Virus record (IMG/VR): IMGVR_UViG_3300010049_000010
Coordinates: 749-64,748 of that record
DNA length: 64,000 nt
Source: a virus
Lineage: Duplodnaviria; Heunggongvirae; Uroviricota; Caudoviricetes
Strand: one strand, 5' to 3'
Shown here: one piece after another, positions 1 to 9,230 of the stretch
Position numbering within the stretch: the stretch's first letter is position 1
Layout: every line of letters starts with the position of its first letter
Program-made: the position numbers and the translations under genes
Notes under the pieces: generated by a model
What the model saw: only the letters and a program-made list of their open reading frames with translations
What the model was told of the DNA's origin: nothing
The model's database searches: none

Positions 1-1
1 A

Positions 2-1456
2 ATCGTTGATCATCCTGACCCTACAAAAATTGGTACGCAACAAACGGACCCTTTTGATTTAAAAGCTGGTACAAATGTAACTTTTGAAATGGAAGACCAT
101 CCAAATGGTTTCGTTGGAGCAGCTACAATTAATGTAGACACTTCAGATAAAATTGATATTCTAAATATTAGAAGATCTAATATAGATAAAGATAATAAGT
201 TCGTTGATAATGGCCCAGATGGTGATCCTCTTGATGAAGGAAGACGACAAGTTCTTACTGGACTTGGAACAGCAGTTAATGGTGATGTTATAAGTATCGC
301 AGCTTTTGCGTCCGATGTTGAAGAAGGTGATAAATATGTTAACATGTTATCACTTGTTGCAGGAAATGGTTTAAGTATTGACGGTTCAGGCTTAAATGAA
401 GTTGGTGAAGGTGCAATTATTATAAATAGCGATGACCATGGTTTCATGATTCCAAAAGCCGCAATTCATAAATCTGCAGTTAATAAAGATGGCGTTGGAG
501 TTTTATCAACTGATCCTACTGCAATACATCAAGTTCTTACAGGAATGGCAGTAGTACCAACTGATAACAGCAAATTATCAGTAAAAATATTTGGAAGTAA
601 TGTTGATGGTGATGGATCTGAAGAAGATGTTTATGTAAATAATTTTGATTTGGTTGCTGGTGCAGGTATATCTTTTGCTGATATTAGTAAAAATATCCCT
701 GGTAAAGGAAATTCAAGTTCTGCTGTTACAGCGACTATAGTTAATGCTGATCACCAAACTGTAAATGAATTGGTTACTAAAACACAATTAAGCGAAAATG
801 AAAAAGTTCTTGTTTGGAGAAATAATGGTTTAAGATCATTCCTCGAATTAAAACAAGAAGGAAATATAATTAAATTATTAGGTAGAGCAGTAGAAGGCAG
901 ACCAGGTAGAGGTGACAGAGACCAAATTGAAAGAGAAAATCTTGGACAAGTAGAACTTACAATTGGAACGTCAATTGCATATACAAAAGTTCTTAAATGG
1001 TCTACTGGAAATTTTGTTGGATATACAGGTGAACCTGATAGCGTAAAAGAAAATATCAAAAAAGCATTTACTGATAGTGTAACCGCTAGTAATAGAAAAG
1101 AAGGTGGTTATCTTGTTATTGGTTTCTATACAAAATCAAGTGCAAATCAAGCAGATTCTGATGCAACTATTAATTATACTTTTGCATTCCTTTCAGATTA
1201 TATTGTAGACCTCCAAGGAACTGATGGTATTGAAATTGAAGGTGGATTTGTAAAAGTTGATATTGATCCAGATTCAACTGGTGAATTAACAATTTCTGAA
1301 GATGATAGAAAACTTCTTTATAAACCTCTTTGGGACTTTAGTGTAAATAAATTTAATTCAAAATTTGATGATGACGGTTTAGTGCTTGGATATGAAGAAG
1401 GTGAACCGGTATTACCTGATGGTATTTATTATTGTGATGATGAAGACGACGAATAA
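2..1456 (+). CDS. Tail fibre/collar-like structural protein, 5'-truncated by the window edge
   Basis: The frame is open from nt 2, upstream of the listed ATG at 89. It has repeated (F/L)xLxAGxG(I/L/V)x(F/I) units (FDLKAGTNVTF, LSLVAGNGLSI, FDLVAGAGISF), two of them preceded by QVLTG. A terminator follows. Confidence 0.55.
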   Translation: MVDHPDPTKIGTQQTDPFDLKAGTNVTFEMEDHPNGFVGAATINVDTSDKIDILNIRRSNIDKDNKFVDNGPDGDPLDEGRRQVLTGLGTAVNGDVISIAAFASDVEEGDKYVNMLSLVAGNGLSIDGSGLNEVGEGAIIINSDDHGFMIPKAAIHKSAVNKDGVGVLSTDPTAIHQVLTGMAVVPTDNSKLSVKIFGSNVDGDGSEEDVYVNNFDLVAGAGISFADISKNIPGKGNSSSAVTATIVNADHQTVNELVTKTQLSENEKVLVWRNNGLRSFLELKQEGNIIKLLGRAVEGRPGRGDRDQIERENLGQVELTIGTSIAYTKVLKWSTGNFVGYTGEPDSVKENIKKAFTDSVTASNRKEGGYLVIGFYTKSSANQADSDATINYTFAFLSDYIVDLQGTDGIEIEGGFVKVDIDPDSTGELTISEDDRKLLYKPLWDFSVNKFNSKFDDDGLVLGYEEGEPVLPDGIYYCDDEDDE

Positions 1457-1475
1457 TTAAAATATAATTTAGAAG

Positions 1476-1502
1476 AAGGCAGCTGAAATATGCTGCCTTT
1501 TT
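1476..1502 (+). terminator. Rho-independent terminator
   Basis: AAGGCAGC-TGAAATAT-GCTGCCTT followed by TTT, just after the stop at 1456. Confidence 0.85.
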
Positions 1503-1533
1503 GATTTTAAAAACTAATTATTAGGAGATAGAT

Positions 1534-2283
1534 ATGAAAGGAATTTATCAAGTAAAAGATGGTGTAAAAAAATTAATGGCTGATGTTACTGATGCCGACG
1601 ATATTATAGATAGAGCAATATATGCAACAATAGAAGAATTAAAGAAGCTTCCAATAGTATTACATGGACATGAAGAAGGAAGCCCAGAGGGTCAAGTTCA
1701 TTGGAGAGATATAGAAGGCGCGCCTCCTATGGGTCCTGGAGGACCTATTGAATTGATTGACCATAATCACTCTGAAACACAAGGTGGATTTATTCCTTGG
1801 GAACATATTGAAGGTCGACCAACTTGGTTAGGCGGAGGCGGGATGTCTGAAGATGAGTATGAAAGAATTGCTGGAAACTTTAGATTAGGACAGATTATTA
1901 ATACGAATAATTCAACAGCTCCCGCGACTAATGGTCCATTTGGAAATAATATTTGCTATATAACTAGAATAGAATTTTTAGTTTATGTTACTCATATTAG
2001 AACAGCAACATCTGGTCTTTCAAATAATATGATTTTTGGAATGATTCCAGAAGGATATAGACCAAATCAAGATATTTTAACTAATGCTTCTGCACAAGGA
2101 CAGAGTGGAAATATGACAGGTAATGTTAGAATTAGACCAAATGGTGAAATGAGATGGGAAGGTGGATCGACTCCAACAGGTGGAAGTGGAACCACTGTAA
2201 TGTTTTCAACAATTTGGCTTTGTAATACTATGCCGCTCCCTCAACAACTTATTAATCCACTTTCAACAGGTGTAACTATTTAA
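1534..2283 (+). CDS. Tail fibre-related protein with HxH motifs
   Basis: SD AGGAG. Two related units (LHGHEEGSPEGQVHWRDIEGAP; DHNHSETQGGFIPWEHIEGRP) carry HxH motifs like those of metal-binding fibres. The C-terminal beta-rich segment (GMIPEGYRP...VRIRPNGEM) is typical of fibre-distal domains. Confidence 0.5.
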   Translation: MKGIYQVKDGVKKLMADVTDADDIIDRAIYATIEELKKLPIVLHGHEEGSPEGQVHWRDIEGAPPMGPGGPIELIDHNHSETQGGFIPWEHIEGRPTWLGGGGMSEDEYERIAGNFRLGQIINTNNSTAPATNGPFGNNICYITRIEFLVYVTHIRTATSGLSNNMIFGMIPEGYRPNQDILTNASAQGQSGNMTGNVRIRPNGEMRWEGGSTPTGGSGTTVMFSTIWLCNTMPLPQQLINPLSTGVTI

Positions 2284-3416
2284 TGAATGTAACAAGCCAA
2301 GTTGATGGAAAAACTATATTTTACAACTCTGAATTAGTTAGCAGTGCTAATAATGTCTGGCGATATAAAATAACGCCAGTAGAATCTAAGTTTAAAGTAA
2401 ATCTTAAATTAAGAGACGACCCGATTACTAATAAATATCGAGGGACAGTTTATGAAACTTGGTTAAACGATGTAGCTAGATTTTTTGAGAAAGTAATAAC
2501 TGGTCCAATACCTGAAATAGAAATCACTGTCGCGTTTGATACTGGGATGGATAATATTTGGGGACAAGGCGGACCAGGAGATATTGCTTTGAATGAAGGT
2601 GAATTTGATGTTTCTAAATTACCTGAAATTGTTGATGATTTAATAATAACAGATCATCATATGTTTCCATTTAAGTCATCTTGTAAATTTAATGCGGATG
2701 TTCATAAACATAATGAAAAAATTGATTCATTTTATTATTTAGCAATTCATGAATTTATGCATGCTTTTGGTTTTGGAGCATTATGGAATGGTGAACATAT
2801 TATCTTAATGAAGGTACCAAGAAGTATTTTAACTGATTGGATGTTACCTGATGTTATGAAAGGTTTACCTGGTGATTTAGTCAGACTTCCATATTTATTA
2901 AATAATATAAAAGCTTTTTCAGATTTTTTTAATGGTTCAATTGCCGGAACATTATTGGGATTAATTGATCCTATGATAGTAGAATTTGGAAAAATGTTGA
3001 AATATTTACTTAATTATAATCTTCATGGTAGAATAAATTATATTGGAAATCATACTAGTACTTCATATCCTAGATATACTGGACAAAATGGATTACAACA
3101 ATATAGATTAGATGTTCAACAAAATGCAACTCACATACAAATATATCCAACTATTACAAATGGAAATAGAGTAGAAAATAAACCATTACCAGAAACAGGC
3201 GGAACTGAATTAGTCCATTGGGATAAAACAACTGGAATTATAGATAAATTTGGTAGAAATCTCAATGATGAAATAATGGGATCTACTATTGAAGAGGGAG
3301 TTGGAAAATTAAATTGTTGGATGGGAACTTGGACTTTAGGCTCGCTCGCCGATATTGGATGGACTGTAGATTATACGCTACTCAATTGGCCATTATCCAG
3401 ATTTAAGTCAGTGTAA
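2283..3416 (+). CDS. Zinc metallopeptidase, leishmanolysin (M8)-like
   Basis: HEFMHAFGFG (HExxHxxGxG) at 2748-2777. Distal ETGGTELVHW...DEIM...TLGSLADIGWTVDY matches the M8 third-ligand His, Met-turn and C-terminal pattern. TAATG-coupled to the upstream gene. Confidence 0.75.
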   Translation: MNVTSQVDGKTIFYNSELVSSANNVWRYKITPVESKFKVNLKLRDDPITNKYRGTVYETWLNDVARFFEKVITGPIPEIEITVAFDTGMDNIWGQGGPGDIALNEGEFDVSKLPEIVDDLIITDHHMFPFKSSCKFNADVHKHNEKIDSFYYLAIHEFMHAFGFGALWNGEHIILMKVPRSILTDWMLPDVMKGLPGDLVRLPYLLNNIKAFSDFFNGSIAGTLLGLIDPMIVEFGKMLKYLLNYNLHGRINYIGNHTSTSYPRYTGQNGLQQYRLDVQQNATHIQIYPTITNGNRVENKPLPETGGTELVHWDKTTGIIDKFGRNLNDEIMGSTIEEGVGKLNCWMGTWTLGSLADIGWTVDYTLLNWPLSRFKSV

Positions 3417-3526
3417 TTTTTTGAGTTATATTTATGACTTCCAATATAAAACCATTTTTCATTATTATCTTCCCAGCTTGTTTCATAAATTGCAATTCCG
3501 TTTTCATACCAATAATTTTCTAACAT
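3371..3526 (-). CDS. Small 51-aa protein absent from the ORF track
   Basis: GGAGA SD at 3531-3535, ATG at 3526. Translation MLENYWYENGIAIYETSWEDNNEKWFYIGSHKYNSKNYTDLNLDNGQLSSV; TAA at 3371-3373. Confidence 0.55.
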   Translation of the reverse strand: MLENYWYENGIAIYETSWEDNNEKWFYIGSHKYNSKNYTDLNLDNGQLSSV

Positions 3527-3549
3527 ATTTTCTCCATTAACTAATTATT

Positions 3550-3606
3550 ATGATGTATATTTACACTACACCCTTATTATTTGGTATAGATTGGTGGGAG
3601 GGATAA
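3550..3606 (+). CDS. Putative 18-aa leader peptide upstream of the baseplate gene
   Basis: ACTAATTA-TT-ATG, the same context as several real genes. Translation MMYIYTTPLLFGIDWWEG*; its 3' end contains GGAGG. Confidence 0.3.
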   Translation: MMYIYTTPLLFGIDWWEG

Positions 3607-3628
3607 AACCGTTAAAAGATTTGATCAA

Positions 3629-6253
3629 TTGTCATTGACCCAGCGAATGATGCAACGACTTCAAATACAAGAAGATTGGGCAAACATATTAGGCGTTGGA
3701 ACTATTGGCAACTTAATTAACGTTATTGCAGAAGGTAATGCAGAGCTTGCTCGTTATCTTGAGTATCTATATAACGAAAAGAAATGGCGAAATGCCAGAA
3801 ATATGAGTTCGCTTACACACCAAGCTGATCTTATTTCTTATAAGAGACAACTTCCTAAATCAGCTATTGGTTACGTAGTTATTTCACACACAGACTTAAA
3901 TGGAATTACTAGACTTCCAAACTTTGGAACAGTATTTTTTGACTTAGATCAAACTTCTGACTTTGATGAATTGATTCAAAATCATAATGCGTCATACATA
4001 GAAAAATCTGCTCTTGTGCCTTGGACATCTGATCAAAATTATATTATACCTGAAGGAACTACTTTCAGAACTTCTAAAGGAGTGTCTTATTTTTCTATTG
4101 AGACAGTAGAATCGAGAGCATTAAAAGAACCATTTAGCGCTATTAAATCTAATCCAACTAAGTACGCAGACTTTATTAAAGGTGGAGGATGGAATGGAAT
4201 TAAATATATTAAAGTTCCAGTAATTCAAGGTAGAAAAGTAGATGTAAATTTTGGTAGGGCTAAAGGAACAAGATTTGAATCATTTTCAATAGACGCATTA
4301 AATATAGAGAATGCAAGCAACATAATCTCAGACAGATATTTCAAAGTAAAAGTTACGCCTATATTGATGCACCAAGGACAACAATCTGACCTTGTAACTG
4401 AAGTTTGGGAGAGAGTAGAAAATATCAGATTAGCTGGACCATACGATAAAGTATTTGAATCTAAAATATTGAATGATGAAAATAAAGTTTTAATTAAATT
4501 TGGTGATGGTATTACAGGGCAAATGCTACCAAAAAATGCTAATGTTACTGTAGATTATCTTGAAACTTTGGGTGAAAGAGGGAATGTAAATGAACGCTTC
4601 CAAATCACACAAATGATACTCCCACCTGGAATGACTCAAGTAGACCCTAGAATAAATGTGCAAACGAACTTTTTAGGAGTAACAAATATTGCGCCTATAA
4701 TGGGAGGAAAGGAAATAGAAAACGAAGATGAGATTAGAATGAATGCTCCTCCATCATATCTAACTTCTTACGCAATCGCCACTAAAGGATCTTATTATGA
4801 ACAAATACTTAAAAATAGTCCAGTAAACTTATTGCATTGTCGCATATTTCAATCTAATATATTTACTACAGATTCTTATGGTGTGGATGAAATAAAACAA
4901 ACATATGTTTCTAATATTGAAAATTCAGTATTACAAGAAATTAGCATGAATAAAAATGCATTGCTTATAACAGCAATTAGATCTAATGGAGAAAAATTAA
5001 TTGATGCTAGAAATGAATTGATTGAGCCTCTTATTAAAGCTTTTCAAGATTCTAAATCTCCTAATGATAGTTTTGATTATATTGAACCTAATATGATTGA
5101 AGTTAGACCAAATATTATAATAAACACTACAGAGACAATTACAGAGAATGAAATACAGCAAAATGTTGTGCCTAAAATATTAGAAAAATATAGCATATTT
5201 AATACTGGATTCGAAAAGCCATATTTTAAATCTGATATTATTGATATAGCTCAATCATTTGGATTTAACAAATATTCTGAAACTTTTTTAGAAGCTAAAA
5301 CTACTGCAAGTAATATTCCAATAATTTTAACAAGAGATAATTATGATATGATTTTATCTGATAGTGCTATTAATGAAAATAGAACATTGTTGGCATTTCC
5401 ATTTAAGTTCGACAGACTTTTTGCGCAAAACAAATTAAATCCAGGATTTAAGAATTATAAAGTTAAACAGCCTTATGTAATTAGAGCTGATATATTATAT
5501 AGAGAAGACCCAACAAATAATAGAACATTTTTCTTATTTGATGAAAGAACTGATTTACAAAAACGTCTTACATTAAAAGAAGCTGAAAGATATGGAATTG
5601 ATGAAGAAACACAAATACCAATTTTTGAAATATTAAAATATTCTAATTTTTCAGATGAACTTTTATTTTTTAATAATTTTTCAGAGTTCTTTTATAATCA
5701 GCAAGTTAGAACCGCACAATTTAATTTTATTGAAAGAATTACCTCACCTTCTTATTTATACCAAATGAAACAATTTAATATTGAACCTTATGAGTTGAGA
5801 CCATTATATATTGATGAGTTAGGTAAAAATAAAATATTTGATATTAGAGAAGTTCCGAATGGTGAAAAAGTTTCATTTAATTTAGAAACTAGAGATGATA
5901 TTATTGGACAACAATGTTTTAGAAAGAATAAACAATATGTAGATAAATGTAAACTTATATTTAATGAAAATTATGATGATCCAGATAGCTCACTCTATGC
6001 GAATGGATATTTAATTCTACCACTTGGAAAAGTTTTTAATAGCAGTAATATCAATACTTTAAGAATATTATTTCGTAATATGATTGAATTAGAACCTATG
6101 GCTTTAGAAATGGCGAAGCTTCTTAGTGATCAATTTACAATAAATGTTTATGCTCAACCAATGGAAGATAAATTAGAATGCGAAAATCCATTTGATATTA
6201 TTTATAGCAATAAAAATAACATATTAGTTCAAAAGAATTATCTCAAATCTTAA
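3629..6253 (+). CDS. Baseplate wedge protein (T4 gp6 / baseplate J-like)
   Basis: IKFGDGITGQMLPKNANVTVDYLETLGERGN and GGKEIENEDEIRMNAP match gp6-family motifs. The true start may be upstream (frame open from 3590). Confidence 0.8.
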   Translation: MSLTQRMMQRLQIQEDWANILGVGTIGNLINVIAEGNAELARYLEYLYNEKKWRNARNMSSLTHQADLISYKRQLPKSAIGYVVISHTDLNGITRLPNFGTVFFDLDQTSDFDELIQNHNASYIEKSALVPWTSDQNYIIPEGTTFRTSKGVSYFSIETVESRALKEPFSAIKSNPTKYADFIKGGGWNGIKYIKVPVIQGRKVDVNFGRAKGTRFESFSIDALNIENASNIISDRYFKVKVTPILMHQGQQSDLVTEVWERVENIRLAGPYDKVFESKILNDENKVLIKFGDGITGQMLPKNANVTVDYLETLGERGNVNERFQITQMILPPGMTQVDPRINVQTNFLGVTNIAPIMGGKEIENEDEIRMNAPPSYLTSYAIATKGSYYEQILKNSPVNLLHCRIFQSNIFTTDSYGVDEIKQTYVSNIENSVLQEISMNKNALLITAIRSNGEKLIDARNELIEPLIKAFQDSKSPNDSFDYIEPNMIEVRPNIIINTTETITENEIQQNVVPKILEKYSIFNTGFEKPYFKSDIIDIAQSFGFNKYSETFLEAKTTASNIPIILTRDNYDMILSDSAINENRTLLAFPFKFDRLFAQNKLNPGFKNYKVKQPYVIRADILYREDPTNNRTFFLFDERTDLQKRLTLKEAERYGIDEETQIPIFEILKYSNFSDELLFFNNFSEFFYNQQVRTAQFNFIERITSPSYLYQMKQFNIEPYELRPLYIDELGKNKIFDIREVPNGEKVSFNLETRDDIIGQQCFRKNKQYVDKCKLIFNENYDDPDSSLYANGYLILPLGKVFNSSNINTLRILFRNMIELEPMALEMAKLLSDQFTINVYAQPMEDKLECENPFDIIYSNKNNILVQKNYLKS

Positions 6254-6271
6254 TTGCATTACTATTTAATT

Positions 6272-6703
6272 ATGGAAGATACTCTAATTGTACAAGAAGA
6301 AAAATCTCTATTCCAAAAAAAGATAAATAAAATCTTGAAAGAAAATCCGGTTGAAGAAGTTATCAAGGATTTAATCAAGTTGCATTATTTAAGGCTCGCT
6401 TCTAAAAATGAAGATCAATATGTGTTGGTAGAAATTTATAATTTATTAGGCTCGGAATTATTTGCCGAACTTATTGAAGTCGTTAATGGAAGAAACGTCT
6501 CATTCCCCGATAGGGAATCCTTTAAAGAGACAGTTCAAATAGCCTTATGTTATTACTTTAAGTATATCAAGCATAAGAAATGGGATGAGATCAAAGAAAT
6601 ATTACAAGATGATGAAGTATCATCAATAAAATATGGTATAAATTGTAATAAAATGAATCAATTCATTACTGAAATGGCAGATAGAATCAAGAATGGAAAA
6701 TAA
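6272..6703 (+). CDS. Possible Mor/C-family transcription activator-like protein
   Basis: EIYNLLGSELFAELIEVVNGRNVSFP resembles the Mor-family LxxxIGxExxxxLxxxxGGxxxYxP pattern. The ATG at 6272 is preceded by ACTATTTA. Confidence 0.4.
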   Translation: MEDTLIVQEEKSLFQKKINKILKENPVEEVIKDLIKLHYLRLASKNEDQYVLVEIYNLLGSELFAELIEVVNGRNVSFPDRESFKETVQIALCYYFKYIKHKKWDEIKEILQDDEVSSIKYGINCNKMNQFITEMADRIKNGK

Positions 6704-6845
6704 TGAAGATTTATCTGACAGGGGATTCCAAGAACTTTGGCAAATATTAGAAGATTTAGAAACTGTTCCTGAATATAAAAAAGAAAATATGATGAAAATT
6801 ATATTAGAATATGTCGAAAGTTTCCTTATTAACGTTACTAAATAA
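6693..6845 (+). CDS. Small acidic 50-aa protein absent from the ORF track
   Basis: MENNEDLSDRGFQELWQILEDLETVPEYKKENMMKIILEYVESFLINVTK* fills the gap and overlaps the upstream stop. Confidence 0.6.
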   Translation: MENNEDLSDRGFQELWQILEDLETVPEYKKENMMKIILEYVESFLINVTK

Positions 6846-6846
6846 T

Positions 6847-7245
6847 ATGAAAAAGTTTTTATTTATTTCTATTTTAATTTTACTCACGACATTCGCATAT
6901 GCACAATATACAGTAACGGTGATTCATGGCAACGTTCAAAAAGAAGTTCGCCCTAATCAATGGCAAGCAGTAACTTTAAATGAAGTTTTAAATGGACAAA
7001 CTGTTTTACAGGTTCCAGTTGGCAGCAGAATTACTGTTAGACATAATAGTACTGGTGAGGTACATGTATTTCCAGCATTATCAGTTGGTATGATTATTGA
7101 CCTAATTGAAACAGCTCCCCGCGTAAGAATTGGCGGAAATATTTCTACTACTAATACAGATGCTATTCAAAGAAGAGGCGGACAAGTTCAAACTGCTAGC
7201 GCAAGAGCTTCAGATGCAGCTGCTGATGTAGAATTTGAAGAATAA
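6847..7245 (+). CDS. Signal-peptide protein with FecR-N-like beta segment
   Basis: The start is refined to the ATG at 6847 (ACTAAATA-AT-ATG). MKKFLFISILILLTTFAYA|Q is a classic Sec signal, followed by VTVIHGNVQK...LQVPVGSRITV. Confidence 0.6.
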   Translation: MKKFLFISILILLTTFAYAQYTVTVIHGNVQKEVRPNQWQAVTLNEVLNGQTVLQVPVGSRITVRHNSTGEVHVFPALSVGMIIDLIETAPRVRIGGNISTTNTDAIQRRGGQVQTASARASDAAADVEFEE

Positions 7246-7277
7246 AATCTCTTATTTTAACACCATATCTAATTAAT

Positions 7278-7994
7278 ATGGATATAGAATTATTAGAACA
7301 GATCAACGAAAAACTTGGTGACATAAAAGAAGAATATATTGTAAAGATGCTAACAATGCAATTTTACGCGTCATTTTTGATGAAGTATAAGCATGTTGTT
7401 GAGCAAGACGGGGAAGAGATTATAACGAATTTTCTCTATAAACATATAAATCTTTTAATAGAACAAAAAGAAGATAATCCGGCAGATTTAGAATTCCAAG
7501 ATCATTATATTGCGTATGTAGCAGCTATCATATATGACTTCGAAATCATTAATGATGAGGCAATCGCTGACTTTGTTATGAGACGATATATGGAATATAA
7601 AGTCATCAATTTAGAACAAGGAATATCAGAAGAAGAAGCCTGGAAAAATTGTTTTATCAAAGAATATGAAACACCCGAACATTTATTAGAAAATATGGGT
7701 CTTCTTTATAAAGAAATTACGCCTAGAATTTACAGAGATGCAGTTAAGTTTTTATTAAATAACTTAGAATATTTTGAATTGTGCAGTCCGCTAAACCAAG
7801 ATTTGATAATTGAGCTCATAAAAACTCTTTTTACGCCCAAAAATAAAAGATTTACAGCGCTATTTCATACAGAAATACCTCAAGTTCTTATTAAAATAGA
7901 AGGTGAATATAAACTCTCTGTGCCCAATTTAGTAATGGCTTGTATTGAATTATTTATAGAATATCAGCAAGAACGTATTATTGTTAACAGTTAA
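7278..7994 (+). CDS. Hypothetical acidic helical protein
   Basis: 238-aa ORF preceded by TCTAATTA-AT-ATG. Confidence 0.7.
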   Translation: MDIELLEQINEKLGDIKEEYIVKMLTMQFYASFLMKYKHVVEQDGEEIITNFLYKHINLLIEQKEDNPADLEFQDHYIAYVAAIIYDFEIINDEAIADFVMRRYMEYKVINLEQGISEEEAWKNCFIKEYETPEHLLENMGLLYKEITPRIYRDAVKFLLNNLEYFELCSPLNQDLIIELIKTLFTPKNKRFTALFHTEIPQVLIKIEGEYKLSVPNLVMACIELFIEYQQERIIVNS

Positions 7995-8006
7995 GACTAA
8001 CTATAT

Positions 8007-9230
8007 ATGAAAACTGCAATTATAAGCTTTTCAGGTGGAAACTCTTATATAAAAGACAGACAAATTGGACAAATTCTCAAAGAAGACGATGTAGTATATT
8101 TACATGAATGTAAAGATTATGATGAGTTAGATTTAGTTGCGCCTATATTGCGAGAGTTTAATATTCAAAAAATAGTTGTTCTTCATGAAGAATATAATAT
8201 TGATAGATTTGAACAAGCAGCAAGAATTGAATATGGTAGATTATTTGAAAAAATAGAAGTTATACCAGATTTTAGTAAATTAAGAGAAAATGAAGGAGCA
8301 GCAGCTTCTACAAATACGGAAGAAAAACCAAAAAAAGTTATTCAACATGTCGTTATTGTGCCATTCAATGCTCCGGTGAAAGGAACATTTGAAGCTTCTC
8401 CTCAATTTGAAAATATCATTTCAAGTAATGGTTTAGATTATAGAACTAACACACTTTTAGCAAGTCTTGTATTAAAACAAGGGGATTCTTCTTTTGAAGG
8501 ATTTTGGAATCGTAATCCATTATATATCGCAGGATTTTTAGGTGGGAATCATGGTGAAGCTCCTAATTCAATGATTTCAGGTGGAGCTGAATTAGAAAAT
8601 ATTTTACAGCAAAAAGAAGCTGTTAATTTACAAAATGTTACTTTACATATTCCTGGAAGATTAAAAGATAAATTAAACTTAAAATATATTACTAAAACAG
8701 TCCCTTTACAAAATATGGACACAGATGCTGGAATTTGTAATGAAGCGTTGGCACTTGGAAAACAAATTATAGATGATGTGATGCCGCTCATAAATGAAAA
8801 AGATTTAAAGAAAATAGAAGAAAAAATAAAAATAGATGATAATAAAGTATCAGAATGGAAAGGCACTGATAAAATGAAAATGGTTACTGCTCTCCTAGAA
8901 GACGTTCAAACATTTTATGCTATAAAGCCTGGTGAACACGTCCCTGCAGAAAAAAATAATGGAAAAGGAGATTGGAGAAAAGCTTTTTTACAAAATATCG
9001 GTGCAGCAGATGACGCAAAATCTATTGCAAATTCTTTAGAAAATATGGGTGTTCCTGTTTCTTTCTTCGCGGCGGTTGGTAAAGCTGTTGGAGATGCAGC
9101 TAAAGACTTAAAAAATAAAAATAAAGAAGAAGAAATAGATGGTGAAGCTTTATATATTTGTCATCCAAGTTTTGATGACTTTGTTAGTAAATTTGATGTA
9201 GATAAAGTTCAAAAGAAGGAAAAAGTATAA
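8007..9230 (+). CDS. Hypothetical protein, possibly head-internal
   Basis: 407-aa ORF preceded by ACTAACTA-TAT-ATG. Several LxE sites (LHE, LRE, LHE, LRE) in the N-terminal 100 aa. Confidence 0.65.
   Translation: MKTAIISFSGGNSYIKDRQIGQILKEDDVVYLHECKDYDELDLVAPILREFNIQKIVVLHEEYNIDRFEQAARIEYGRLFEKIEVIPDFSKLRENEGAAASTNTEEKPKKVIQHVVIVPFNAPVKGTFEASPQFENIISSNGLDYRTNTLLASLVLKQGDSSFEGFWNRNPLYIAGFLGGNHGEAPNSMISGGAELENILQQKEAVNLQNVTLHIPGRLKDKLNLKYITKTVPLQNMDTDAGICNEALALGKQIIDDVMPLINEKDLKKIEEKIKIDDNKVSEWKGTDKMKMVTALLEDVQTFYAIKPGEHVPAEKNNGKGDWRKAFLQNIGAADDAKSIANSLENMGVPVSFFAAVGKAVGDAAKDLKNKNKEEEIDGEALYICHPSFDDFVSKFDVDKVQKKEKV

Noticed and set aside
10-1059. Antisense ORFs 10..447 and 751..1059
   Set aside because: They are shadows of the plus-strand fibre gene, with Ser/Pro/Ile-rich antisense composition and no start signals.
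3550-3606. trp-type attenuator (tandem Trp codons in the leader peptide)
   Set aside because: No terminator/antiterminator hairpins follow, and the downstream gene is structural rather than for amino-acid biosynthesis.
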